Assembly: GCA_043228905.1 (NCBI GenBank)
Contig: JBHGNT010000007.1
Span: 19,902,001 to 19,966,000, forward strand
Reading direction: 5' to 3'
Source of the DNA: Azolla caroliniana
Taxonomy: Eukaryota > Plantae > Polypodiophyta
DNA length: 64,000 bases
Of the stretch, positions 12,151 to 22,350 are shown one piece after another; positions within the stretch are counted from its first letter, which is position 1, and the number at the start of each line of letters is the position of its first letter. The notes beneath the pieces are model-generated. The model had not been told where the DNA came from, did not search any database, and was given only the letters and a program-made list of their open reading frames with translations. A program made the translations under genes and the position numbers.

Positions 12151-14255
12151 TGTTACGGGCATGACCATATAATATCACGTGGTAAGAATTTACCGTAGTA
12201 TTCTATACACGTGGATAAGTGTGAGGGTTAAATGAGAGTGTAAAGAAGGGGAGGATTACTTTTAATCCTCGGGATTGAGACAACCCATTAGGTCAAGTGT
12301 GAACTTGCCTGGGGGCCTTGGGTATCGCTATAAATAAGAGGCCTAGCTACCCTCATTGGATCATCTTTTGACTACATCGAGACTCTGCTCGTGTGGTGGG
12401 TCAACTCTTGTAGCGAGCGCGCCAGCACCAGGTACGACTCGACGCCACGGCGGTGGTATGGGACGCCGATCGAGGCTCGAGTCCGTCTCGATCCCTTCGC
12501 TCGGGGGTGGTCGGGTGGATCGGCACCCTTCTTTCTCTTTCTCCTTTCTATCTTTCAATTCTTTATCCTTATCTTAAGCTTACATTAGTGCTGTGATCTA
12601 AGATGCGTCCTGACATACATAGCTATGTGACTAAATGTCACCAGTGTCAGGTTAACAAAGCCGAGCGACTTAAAGCCGCAGGACTTTTACATCCCTTGGA
12701 CATTCCCAATAATAAGTGGGAAAGTATATCCATGGATTTTATTGTTAGCCTTCCTTGCACCCAAAAAGGTCATGATGCCATCTGGGTTGTCGTTGATCGA
12801 CTAACTAAAATGGCCAGATTTATTGCTACTAAAACCACGGTAACAGCTCCTGAATTGGCTTACCAATTCGTTGACGAATTGTTTCGTTTTTATGGGTTAC
12901 CGATGGATATCGTGAGTGATCGAGATCCAAAGTTTACTAGTGACTTCTGGACACAAGTCTTTAAGAAGTTAGAAACTACGTTGAGCATGAGCTCCACGGA
13001 TCATCCTCAATCCGATGGACAGACAGAACGAGTAAATCAAATTATTGAGGACATGCTTCGAGCATACGTTGGTGCAAAACCAACAAAATGGGAACGTTAT
13101 CTCCCAATTTTGGAGTTTGCTTATAACAGCTCCAAGCATACGTCGACGGGATATAGTCCTTTTATGTTGATGTATGGTTTTCAGCCACGAGCCCCGATTG
13201 ATGTTAATATACATCATGATGAGTTGCGAAGTACGCAAAACTTTCTTCGGGATATGCAAGATATGTTGCATATTGCACGAGATAATATAAAAACAGCTCA
13301 AGATAGAGCGCGTTTTTATGCCGATCATCATAGGCAACCTCGTGTATTCAACCCTGGACAGAAGGTATTTTTACGTGTACCTCACAATTCTAAGACATTG
13401 TCTACGGGTAAGTGCGCTAAGTTAGCCCCACGGTTTTGTGGACCTTTTACAGTCCGCAAACGAATTGGGTCATCAGCCTATCGTCTCGCTCTTCCCGATG
13501 GTGTCGGAATTCATCCAGTCTTTCATGTGAGTCGTCTAAAAGAACTTCTAGGTTCTGGCGACAATACAGTTACGACTGAAACTCTGGTTACTTCTGAAGA
13601 ATTATCTTCTAAACCACATGTACCAGAAAGAATTCTCGATGTTAAAACAAAAAAATTACGTACTAAAGAAATACGAGAATTCAAAATAAAATGGATGGAT
13701 AAATCAATAAAAGATGCCACATGGGAACGCGAAAATACACTTAGAACTAACTTCCCTAACTTTCCATTGCAAGAGTGCAATGTTTTAAAGAGGGGGAGTA
13801 TGTTACGGGCATGACCATATAATATCACGTGGTAAGAATTTACCGTAGTATTCTATACACGTGGATAAGTGTGAGGGTTAAATGAGAGTGTAAAGAAGGG
13901 GAGGATTACTTTTAATCCTCGGGATTGAGACAACCCATTAGGTCAAGTGTGAACTTGCCTGGGGGCCTTGGGTATCGCTATAAATAAGAGGCCTAGCTAC
14001 CCTCATTGGATCATCTTTTGACTACATCGAGACTCTGCTCGTGTGGTGGGTCAACTCTTGTAGCGAGCGCGCCAGCACCAGGTACGACTCGACGCCACGG
14101 CGGTGGTATGGGACGCCGATCGAGGCTCGAGTCCGTCTCGATCCCTTCGCTCGGGGGTGGTCGGGTGGATCGGCACCCTTCTTTCTCTTTCTCCTTTCTA
14201 TCTTTCAATTCTTTATCCTTATCTTAAGCTTACATTAGTGCTGTGATCTATAATA
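12151..14255 (+). mobile_element. Internally deleted Ty3/Gypsy chromovirus with identical LTRs and 5-bp TSD (TAGTG)
   Basis: 12151-12600 matches 13801-14250 base for base. PPT agggggag(ta) at 13791-13800. TAGTG at 12146-12150 and 14256-14260. No PBS, gag, PR, RT or RH present. Confidence 0.95.
12603..13814 (+). CDS. Gypsy integrase (CxxC, DDE core, GPY/F) with C-terminal chromodomain; uninterrupted 403-aa ORF
   Basis: CHQCQ, SMDFI, VSDRDPKF, QTERVN, LAPRFCGPF, IHPVFHVSRLK, and chromodomain PERILDVK...FKIKW...DATWE. Confidence 0.92.
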   Translation: MRPDIHSYVTKCHQCQVNKAERLKAAGLLHPLDIPNNKWESISMDFIVSLPCTQKGHDAIWVVVDRLTKMARFIATKTTVTAPELAYQFVDELFRFYGLPMDIVSDRDPKFTSDFWTQVFKKLETTLSMSSTDHPQSDGQTERVNQIIEDMLRAYVGAKPTKWERYLPILEFAYNSSKHTSTGYSPFMLMYGFQPRAPIDVNIHHDELRSTQNFLRDMQDMLHIARDNIKTAQDRARFYADHHRQPRVFNPGQKVFLRVPHNSKTLSTGKCAKLAPRFCGPFTVRKRIGSSAYRLALPDGVGIHPVFHVSRLKELLGSGDNTVTTETLVTSEELSSKPHVPERILDVKTKKLRTKEIREFKIKWMDKSIKDATWERENTLRTNFPNFPLQECNVLKRGSMLRA

Positions 14256-14806
14256 TAGTGGTTAAAAAAAAGTAGCCATAGTGAACCTCAAAGAAACTAA
14301 GGTTAACATGGTTCTGAGGTACTATATATGACCTTATTAGGGTGTATGTACCGGGGGAATCATCTTCTCATAATTAATTATCTATCATTTAAGCGAACAA
14401 GTCCTCTTTAAGCTATTCAAGTCTTCTTTGTGTTTTCCTAACCATCTCTTGGTTTAGAACCCTAATGGTTTCACCCACGCACCCACAGATCCGATGCTTA
14501 CAACAACGATAACATATCTCACCAACAAAGGATAAACAATGATAAGTGCATGTACATTGACCTTGTGGTAGTTTTTTTTTTTCTTCAAAAGAACATATCC
14601 TTCCATTAGTTTTTAGAAAAGTCATAACAACAACATACAAAATATTTTTCCCAACTCATCTTTATAAGATGATGGTTTGAGGAAAGCAATCTATGTACTC
14701 CAAAGTAGAGAAAACTAGTCAACTAATTTGAAAGTTATTCTGTAGACACATTCCAAGCTACTTGCAGTCCCATATATCTTAAATAACTTGCATCTCCCAA
14801 GTCAAA

Positions 14807-14998
14807 CTCAAATAGACCCATGAGGGGAGACTTCAATGCTACTACATCTGTAGCAGGAACCTTGTGGATCTTCCCTTTGTTAAAAACATAGCTCCCATCA
14901 ACGGCTTTAAACATAGGAGGCTTGTCACTACCTCTAAATTTGGACCACAACTGTGTAAGATTGAGAGATGTTGACTCTCCACCATAATAATCATTCCT
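14807..14998 (-). pseudogene. GDI: Processed fragment of Rab GDP-dissociation inhibitor, N-terminal region with internal deletion
   Basis: RNDYYGGESTSLNLTQLWSKFRGSDKPP/MFKAVDGSYVFNKGKIHKVPATDVVALKSPLMGLFE; no introns. Confidence 0.92.
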
Positions 14999-15140
14999 AA
15001 TCATGATCATTGTCCTTGGCAAACCCTATGCAAGACACTAGAAAATCTGGCTGGTCTTAACATATGGAGAAAAAAATATTGCAATTTGGCTCTGTAATGA
15101 ACTATATGTCTCCCATAAAGAGAGATGGCAAAAAGAAATA

Positions 15141-15627
15141 CTCATCAGTTGCACTTAAATCCATAGACAAATCCAAAACCTTTCCAATGATAGTTGTATA
15201 CATTGCCAAAACATCTTCCACATAGGTCTCAAAATGGGTGGTTGCATCATAGCTACTGGATATATAGCATTGATCCAATGAAGGTTCATTGACTGGTACA
15301 AATCTATCATAGGTATCGAAGAAAATTTCATCCACGGGTCCCAAAAGACTAATTCATGTCAGATTTCCTGCCTAGCTTTTTCACCTTGTTTGGAAGATAT
15401 GATGGATCGCCTACAACCTTCTTTGTCCTCGCCGTCTCTCCATCCGATGTGACACCACAAAAATTTCCTTCATCATCAAATTCTACCTTACACTCTGGCT
15501 TTGCAAGCATATATGTCCCACCATAAACTGCACTCAGTCGTGCAAAACCTTGTGCTAATTCACCAAGCCCATACAAAGGGTATATATACAGAGAGCCTCC
15601 TTGAAAGCCAGCTAATGACTCAGAACA
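15141..15627 (-). pseudogene. GDI: Processed fragments of Rab-GDI, central and C-terminal regions with deletions
   Basis: [52 protein letters not shown]...[18 protein letters not shown], then GPVDEIFFDTYDRFVPVNEPSLD...SYDATTHFET...DLSMDLSA. Confidence 0.93.
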
Positions 15628-15680
15628 TTAGCCACATTTCACTGTGACATTTGTAAAAAATTCTTTGTATTACATATAAC

Positions 15681-15825
15681 CACTTGGATGAGGCAACCTA
15701 CCCTCAAGTTTGGGAATGTGATTTGCAGCATTCAAACAGAGAAGTTCATTTAACCAACCTTCAACAGCATCACGTAAAGCATATCTGATGAACTCTCCAA
15801 GCTCTACTCCTCTAAAAACTCTTCC
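15681..15825 (-). pseudogene. Fragment of RNA cytidine acetyltransferase (NAT10/Kre33)
   Basis: GRVFRGVELGEFIRYALRDAVEGWLNELLCLNAANHIPKLEGRLPHPS resembles the NAT10 segment IRYA.GDP.E.WLN.LLCLD...P.P. Preceded by acceptor-like ttttgaattctAG. Confidence 0.75.
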
Positions 15826-15994
15826 TAGAATTCAAAAGAAGCCATCATATACTTGCAAAAGAAGTTTTCAGGGGCAGAACATCTTTCTCTGTAACATCCA
15901 CATTTATTTTCCCTGAAACTATACTAATTTGTTAGCACTTTCATAATCCACAAGCTTAATGTTGGTTATAATAGCCTAAAACATCACAATATCT

Positions 15995-16096
15995 CAGTTT
16001 TATACACATGTTTTATTTAGTAAAAGACTCCAGATATGCATCATCTCAGTATAAGGTTAACGCATGACCAATAAAATCAACTGTGTTGTCCTCTAA
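15995..16096 (-). pseudogene. GDI: Additional Rab-GDI fragment
   Basis: [22 protein letters not shown]...IKL matches GDI GLDDNTIDFIGHA.ALH.DD.YL...MKL, the segment just N-terminal to the piece starting at 15627. Confidence 0.8.
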
Positions 16097-16097
16097 T

Positions 16098-16519
16098 ATC
16101 AATTGCTGGTGTTGTAGGTCCATCAAGGGCCATAAAGCCATACATATCCTTGTCCATCAGCCAAAATGCGATTGTCTTGTCTCCAACTAAAGCCTGATCA
16201 TGGCTTTGAGCATAAACAACACATTTTCTTAGCATGTCTTTTTTCTCAGCAATTCAATCCACTTGTCTACAACTGCCTTATGCATCCTATAGTCGAAACC
16301 AACACCTCCATCTCCAACAGGGAGACTAAAGGTAGGCATTGAGCTTACATCTTTTCCAACAGTAATGGCATTTGGCTATAAAGCATAGATCATTTCATTT
16401 GCCAACATGAGATAATTCAAAGCATCTATATCTGTAACCATTCCAAAACACTCATTGTTATTCCTAGTAAAGGAAACCCGTAGTCCATGATGAGTGTACA
16501 TCATTGATGTTACACCATT
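16098..16519 (-). pseudogene. SBE2: Processed fragment of starch branching enzyme II
   Basis: [17 protein letters not shown]...[55 protein letters not shown] / [43 protein letters not shown]. Intron-less, with one stop and one deletion. Confidence 0.92.
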
Positions 16520-17179
16520 ATAATGATCCACAAGAGCCATATCTGGTTTTACCTTGTCGATATAGCTTCTACACTTCCACAAGCCTTTGCTACGGCAAGC
16601 TAGGAGACCACATGTAAAGGAAAAAACAATCTCCACCATGTAAAAACAAGTCCATTTTATCATGATTGCATTCCAAATGGCCACCAACTAATTCCAATGT
16701 CTAAAGTCAAGCAATGTCTTCCGATGACAACAACACATTTGGCCTGAGTTGTTGTGTCTTAAAAGCATTGAAAATCTCCAAGCTTCAAAACTTGTATTGT
16801 CGTTGACCCTCAAGAAAAAGCTTCCAAATCCACACCATCAACACTCATAAAACAAAAGAAAAGAAAATGCATGTACTCTCCCATCGTGAAATATGCTTCA
16901 ACCCCCGCCAACCTCATGACTCATCCTTATCAAACAAGAATCTATTTTATGCTCCCCATCCAACATACCACCGAAGCCCTGTACATAGAAAAAAAACATA
17001 ATGACACTACTCTTCAGATCCCCTCATGAAATTATGCTTCTGCCCTCTACACCATCGTCAGTCATCCTTGTCATCTTTTACTACGAAGGTCCTTGAGATT
17101 GGAAGACGTGATGACCAACATCCAATGTGCTCTCCTTCTCCCCTCATGAAAGTATGCTTCAACCCCTACACCATCAAAA

Positions 17180-17670
17180 AATTGAATGAATCACTCTCCT
17201 CAAACACTCATAAAAAACTGCTTCAACCTCCAACACCATCTTTATTAAAATATGCTTCATTTTCAACATCAACCATCCTGACATATAGACAACAAACAAT
17301 AAATATAATAAAGTATAATATTATATACCCTCAAAAAATCGAATGAATACTCTCCCCAAACACTCATAAAAAACTGCTTCCCCCTCCAACACCATCTTTA
17401 TAAAAATCTGCTTCATTTTCAACCTCAACCATTTGTCCATTTTCAAATTCCATCAAGCATCTTGACATATAGACAGCAAACAATAAATATAATAAAGTAT
17501 AATATTATATACACCCTCAAAAATCGAATGAATACTCTCCTCGGGCATTCATAAAATCTGCTTCCCCATCCAACACCATCTTTATAGAAAATCTACTTCA
17601 TTTTCAACATCAACCATCTGTCCATTTTCAGATTCCATAAAGCATCCTAACATATAGACAGCAAACATAT
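17180..17670. repeat. ~160-185-bp diverged tandem repeat, ~3 copies
   Basis: ctgcttc...ccaacaccatcttta...cttcattttcaac.tcaacc...acatatagaca.caaaca recurs at ~17218, ~17374 and ~17557. Confidence 0.88.
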
Positions 17671-18092
17671 TAGTGTAAAAAACTCCCTCACCAACTCATG
17701 ATACTATGCTTCAAACCCCACACCATCTTCACTCCTCTTTATCCCTCAAAAGAATGTTGCTTCAAAAAGAATTTGCTTCTTACGTCCACAACAACCATCT
17801 CACTATCTCGCTAATCGGCACCAAATTTTGGCTTGCCATGTCCTTGATTTCCACCAACAGCATCACTTATCATGTCCAACGACACTGCTTCATAGTCCAT
17901 TAGGTAAGTAAGAAAACCTGCCGAAAAGTATCAAACAATACATATTCTTTGAATAGAAATCTATAAATATCTCCCTATCACACCATAGGAATACTTCTTC
18001 CTCCCATAACAACAGAATTATTATGTTTGTCAACAAGTTATGTTGTTATGTGCTCTGAAATAAGAAAGGATTAGGCAAAGGAAACAACCATC

Positions 18093-18548
18093 GTAGTTCT
18101 TCAGAGGAACATTTGACTTAGAAGTAGCTTTTTGTAAGGATAACGAAAGACTTTGTGTGTGAATGTGAAAGTTCAACGAGACCATCAAGAAACTAAACTA
18201 GGGAAGATGGCTTAGAGGATAATGTTGGTGATGGAGGATTGTGGGTTTCTCCTCAATCTTTGAAGAATTGAAAGCAAATTATTTTTTTAGAGTATATTGT
18301 TGGATAAACAGTGATAAGTGCATGTACATTGACCTTGAGGTAGTTCTTCAGAGGAACATCTGACTTAGAAGTAGCTTTTAGTAAGGATAACGAAAGACTT
18401 TGTGTGTGAATGTGAATGTTCAACAAGACCATCAAGAAACTAAACTAGGGAAGATGTCTTAGAGGATAATGTTGGTGATGAAGGATTGTGGGTTTCTCCT
18501 CAATCTTTGAAGAATTGAAAGCAAATTATTATTTTAGAGTATATTGTT
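18093..18548. repeat. ~208-bp near-identical direct repeat (247-bp period)
   Basis: gtagttcttcagaggaacat...ttagagtatattgtt at 18093-18300 and 18340-18548. Confidence 0.92.
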
Positions 18549-18673
18549 CTAGAATGTATAAATATAATTGAGTTTGTGTGATTACAGTCATGTGAATTTT
18601 TTACTTGGTTTCTCATTTCATATTCAAACGTTCAATCTAAAAATTCCATAACAATCCTTGAACAAGTTCAAAC

Positions 18674-19093
18674 CATAGTTGTAAAAAAACGCGTATTCTA
18701 TGTTTAGAGTACATTTTAGAATACTCTGAAGTATTCTACACATATTCTACGTTTTAGAACTGTCGTTTTTTAAAATCTGACATATTCTACGTATACTAGA
18801 AATTTGACGTATTCTACGTATTTAACAAGTATTTATCTTCTTTTTTTAATTATTTTTAAATTATCTTTTTTTGAAAAAATAACTTTAGGTTTTAAAAAGT
18901 ATTTAATGTATTTTACAAGTACTCTACACATATACTAAGTATTCTACATGTATTCTAAATATTCTAAACGTATTCTAAGTATTTAACGTATTTTATCTAT
19001 AAAATACGTATTCTAAGTATTTTTTTAAAAAAAGTTAGAATACTTAGAGTATGTATTCTACACATATTTTATGCTAAGTATTTTACAACAATG
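18674..19093. mobile_element. Non-autonomous hAT-type element (MITE), 420 bp
   Basis: TIRs catagttgtaaaa / ttttacaacaatg (1 mismatch). Perfect 8-bp TSD gttcaaac at 18666-18673 and 19094-19101. Interior packed with gtattcta motifs. Confidence 0.9.
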
Positions 19094-21429
19094 GTTCAAA
19101 CCATAAGGGAACCATGGTGATCCTTTAATCAAGTACAAATATACATGAAGGTGGAAGAATTTTTACACCTATAATAAACCCCAAAATGTTTACAATCCAT
19201 ATACAAAGTATAGTTTTTATAAAGATTAAATACCCTCTTGCATAGGCTATGAAAGATAAAGAAGCTAGAATATATCAAATGAGATTTGAGTTTCAATATA
19301 GTTAGTCAACAAACAATGACCACATTGTCATGAAGATGTGTGGCAACGGTGAGAAATTCATGAAAAAGGAGCAATATGCGGATGTGCAATGTGCGGACAA
19401 ATGTGGGGCAATTGGCTTGGACATGCACAAAAGAAAGTGAAAAATGAATGGTCCAATGGGTGCATAGAAATTCATGTGATTGAAGGGAGAAAAGGTAGAG
19501 AAATGAATGTGCAAGTGCATTGAAAAAGAGAAAAGTAAGAGAGTGGGTGGACATGTTTTCACACCAACTCGACTGAAACCCGATTCGACTCAAGCCAAAT
19601 TCGACTCGACCGGAAGCTAAGATCCAGATACATCAAGGACTACGATGGCAAGGACCGAAGGCCGGCTCACCGAGGGCCTATAAGGCGTAGCTCTATCATC
19701 ATCTAACTCTCTAGTTTGAGACCCATGTGGTCCCGCCCATCCAACCCAGAAGCGCGAATATTCGCAACAACGTCGTCTTTTGTCATTGTAGCCCTCCTCC
19801 ACACCATTGTAACCTACACGTCCTCGTGATTCTTATACCGCGGTAATCTATGATTCAACAAATGATAATCAAACTTCACAAATATATATATTGTATACCT
19901 CATTCTTTTATCTTATGTATTGTAAATCACCTTTCGCTCTTATTGCACCAAGTAAGGTTCAGACCCTTGACCTTATTATTAAAATGCTTAAATCTAGTAG
20001 CCACTTGAGTCATCTTTAGTTTGTTTGATCCAAATCTTCTCTTCTCAACTCCTTTTATCTTTTCTACCAAAACCATAACACAGTCTATAATTTGGTTTTT
20101 GAGTGTTTGTCTCCCTTTGCACACCCACTATCACAGCACCACCATATCTTTGACATTGCTACCAACTATTAGAACCATCGGTCGAAGCTAATAAGAAAGT
20201 GAGGAAGAACCAAGACCAACCTTAATCCTTTTCTAATTTTTTTTTGTTCTTGTTTTTTGTTGTGATTTACATTAGTAAATTACTATGCACGAGCCTACAT
20301 GCTTACAATTTTAAGAACTAATTTTTTCTTTCGTTGAGTAATTACTAGTGATAATTGTTTTCGTAATGATTATACTTATGATTGAATATAATTGTAACTA
20401 CCAATTACTGGTTGGTAGTTAAGGGCAATAATTATACTCTCTAGTCCTACTAGAGGCTAGAATAGAGAATATTATTACATTTAAGAACTTCAAGAATCAA
20501 GAGTACCCTTGAAGAATTAAACCAACCAAATGCATGGAGACAATTTTAAGACAAACGAGAAAGTTACTAGATATTTTTGGGGAACAATATATCAAGATAT
20601 ACCAACACTTTACATCTTCTAAAATGTGGCCTAAATGCATTTAGATCAATGCCCAATCAGCACCATAACCTTAGAGAAAGTTAAGAAAGGCTACAACCCA
20701 AGCACTTGTCTGAAAAGCAAAAAGATGAGAAATTATGACACGTTTAAGCTTCCATTAATCCATATGGTTCAATTTAAGATTTGGGCTAAATTCAACAATT
20801 AGGCTTATTGTTTGAGATAAGAAAGTCACTATGGATAGAGAAATAGGTTTAACCTCTAGTTGTAGGGATTACAATCAAGAAGAACCCGTACTAAAGGTTT
20901 ATAGTCTCACTTTTTTAGTTCTTCCTTATTTATAGTTTCACCATTACAAATATGTTTCTTTCACACCTCACAAGGTATAAAGGTTTACATTCTCTTTATT
21001 GTTCTACATCTATGAGGGTTCTTCAATGTAACCTAGTATAATGTCATAAGAGGTGACATTTCTGACAGATACCTAATAAGCTACAAGGAAGAGAATAAAT
21101 ACACATTACAAAAAATGGAACATATTAAATGGAATGGGTCTTTTAGTTGAAGATATATATGCATCTTTCATAATGGAACCACTAGATAAGATTCCCCTAA
21201 AGAATGATAGACAAATGGGATCAAATTCATCTATAAAGATGGAAATTAGATGAGCTTATGAACTACTATGATATCATGGCAATAGGTTCACAAAACTCTA
21301 TGGTACAATCATAAAAAAGAAAATTACTAAATGGGAAGAGTAACATAGTAAAAGAGCCATAAACCAACCCAAACACTATGTAACCCATCTTTTTATCCTC
21401 CAAGTCAAATGGAAGTGAGTTAACTAAAG

Positions 21430-22350
21430 GGACAATGTCTTTATTGATATTTATGTGGATTTTGAAAAAAGCTTTTGAAATTGTTGCAAAGAGACTCTAT
21501 GAACGTATGATTAAACTAGATATAATTAACTCATTAACAAATTGTGGTAAGAAACCTTTATGAGCAAGTGTCACGTCTCCTAAAGACATAATAATGAGTT
21601 TAGAAGCAAACTTGGGCCAAAGCAAAGATGATCTTTCTCACCCATTCTATTTAGCTTATGCATAAACTATGACTTAGAGAATTTCATCATATAAGTAACT
21701 CTCGGTGAACAACCTTTGAGCCAAATCTGAGGCAAATTTTTTCTTATGGTAGTTCTCTATGTAGATGATGTAGTGCTTTTCTTATAAGAGGTTCTCACTC
21801 TTCAACACTAAATCACATTGTTAAGATATTTGCAAATACTAGCCTATCATTAGTGAATGTATGGAAAACCAAATAAAGGACAATCACTTACTAGAACAAA
21901 TCTATCCGGTCAATAAGCCCATTCAAATTCTTACACTTTAACATCTACGTCAATCGTAATTGGGGCACATGTATAGAATGCCGACCAAAAGCTAGTTAGG
22001 CAAGCTACCATATCTTTGAACCCATCTTGATAGTATTTAGATAGACAAATATTGGACACTTTATTACATTTGTAATCCCAGTATTGTTCTATGATGTGGA
22101 GGTATGGGGAGGACCAATACCTTGTCAAGATGGAATGACATTGATAAGGTATAAAAGTTGTTTCCATGGTACAATCTTGATATCAAGGCAACCGCGCCAT
22201 ATGTTGTGATGTTGCTTGAAATGGGTGTTGATACCCATCAAATTATAAAGCATGATGAGAATTCACAAGTATATAATTAAAGTGAAGAACATGATGGCAC
22301 ATTGTCTAACCATTACAAGCTTGGGACACTAGCAACAAAATGTAGAATCA
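21430..22350 (+). mobile_element. Highly degenerate LINE RT remnant related to the one at 6.9-8.3 kb
   Basis: Broken VDF.KAF motif (~21455), VLYVDDVVLF (~21751), VLFYDVEVWG (~22081). Boundaries approximate. Confidence 0.65.

Noticed and set aside
12356-12588. Short ORFs duplicated at 14006-14238
   Set aside because: They lie within the identical LTRs; no protein similarity recognised.
14574-14585. T-run as the poly(A) tail of the minus-strand cassette
   Set aside because: It lies inside the repeat shared with 18302-18359 and looks like a homopolymer expansion, not a retro tail.
14714-14735. Helitron 3' end (CTAG plus hairpin) for the cassette
   Set aside because: Only a weak AT-rich palindrome; no matching 5' TC end could be established.
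19326-19860. Possible solo LTR (TG...CA, TATA-like)
   Set aside because: No TSD or partner copy; cannot be supported without a repeat library.
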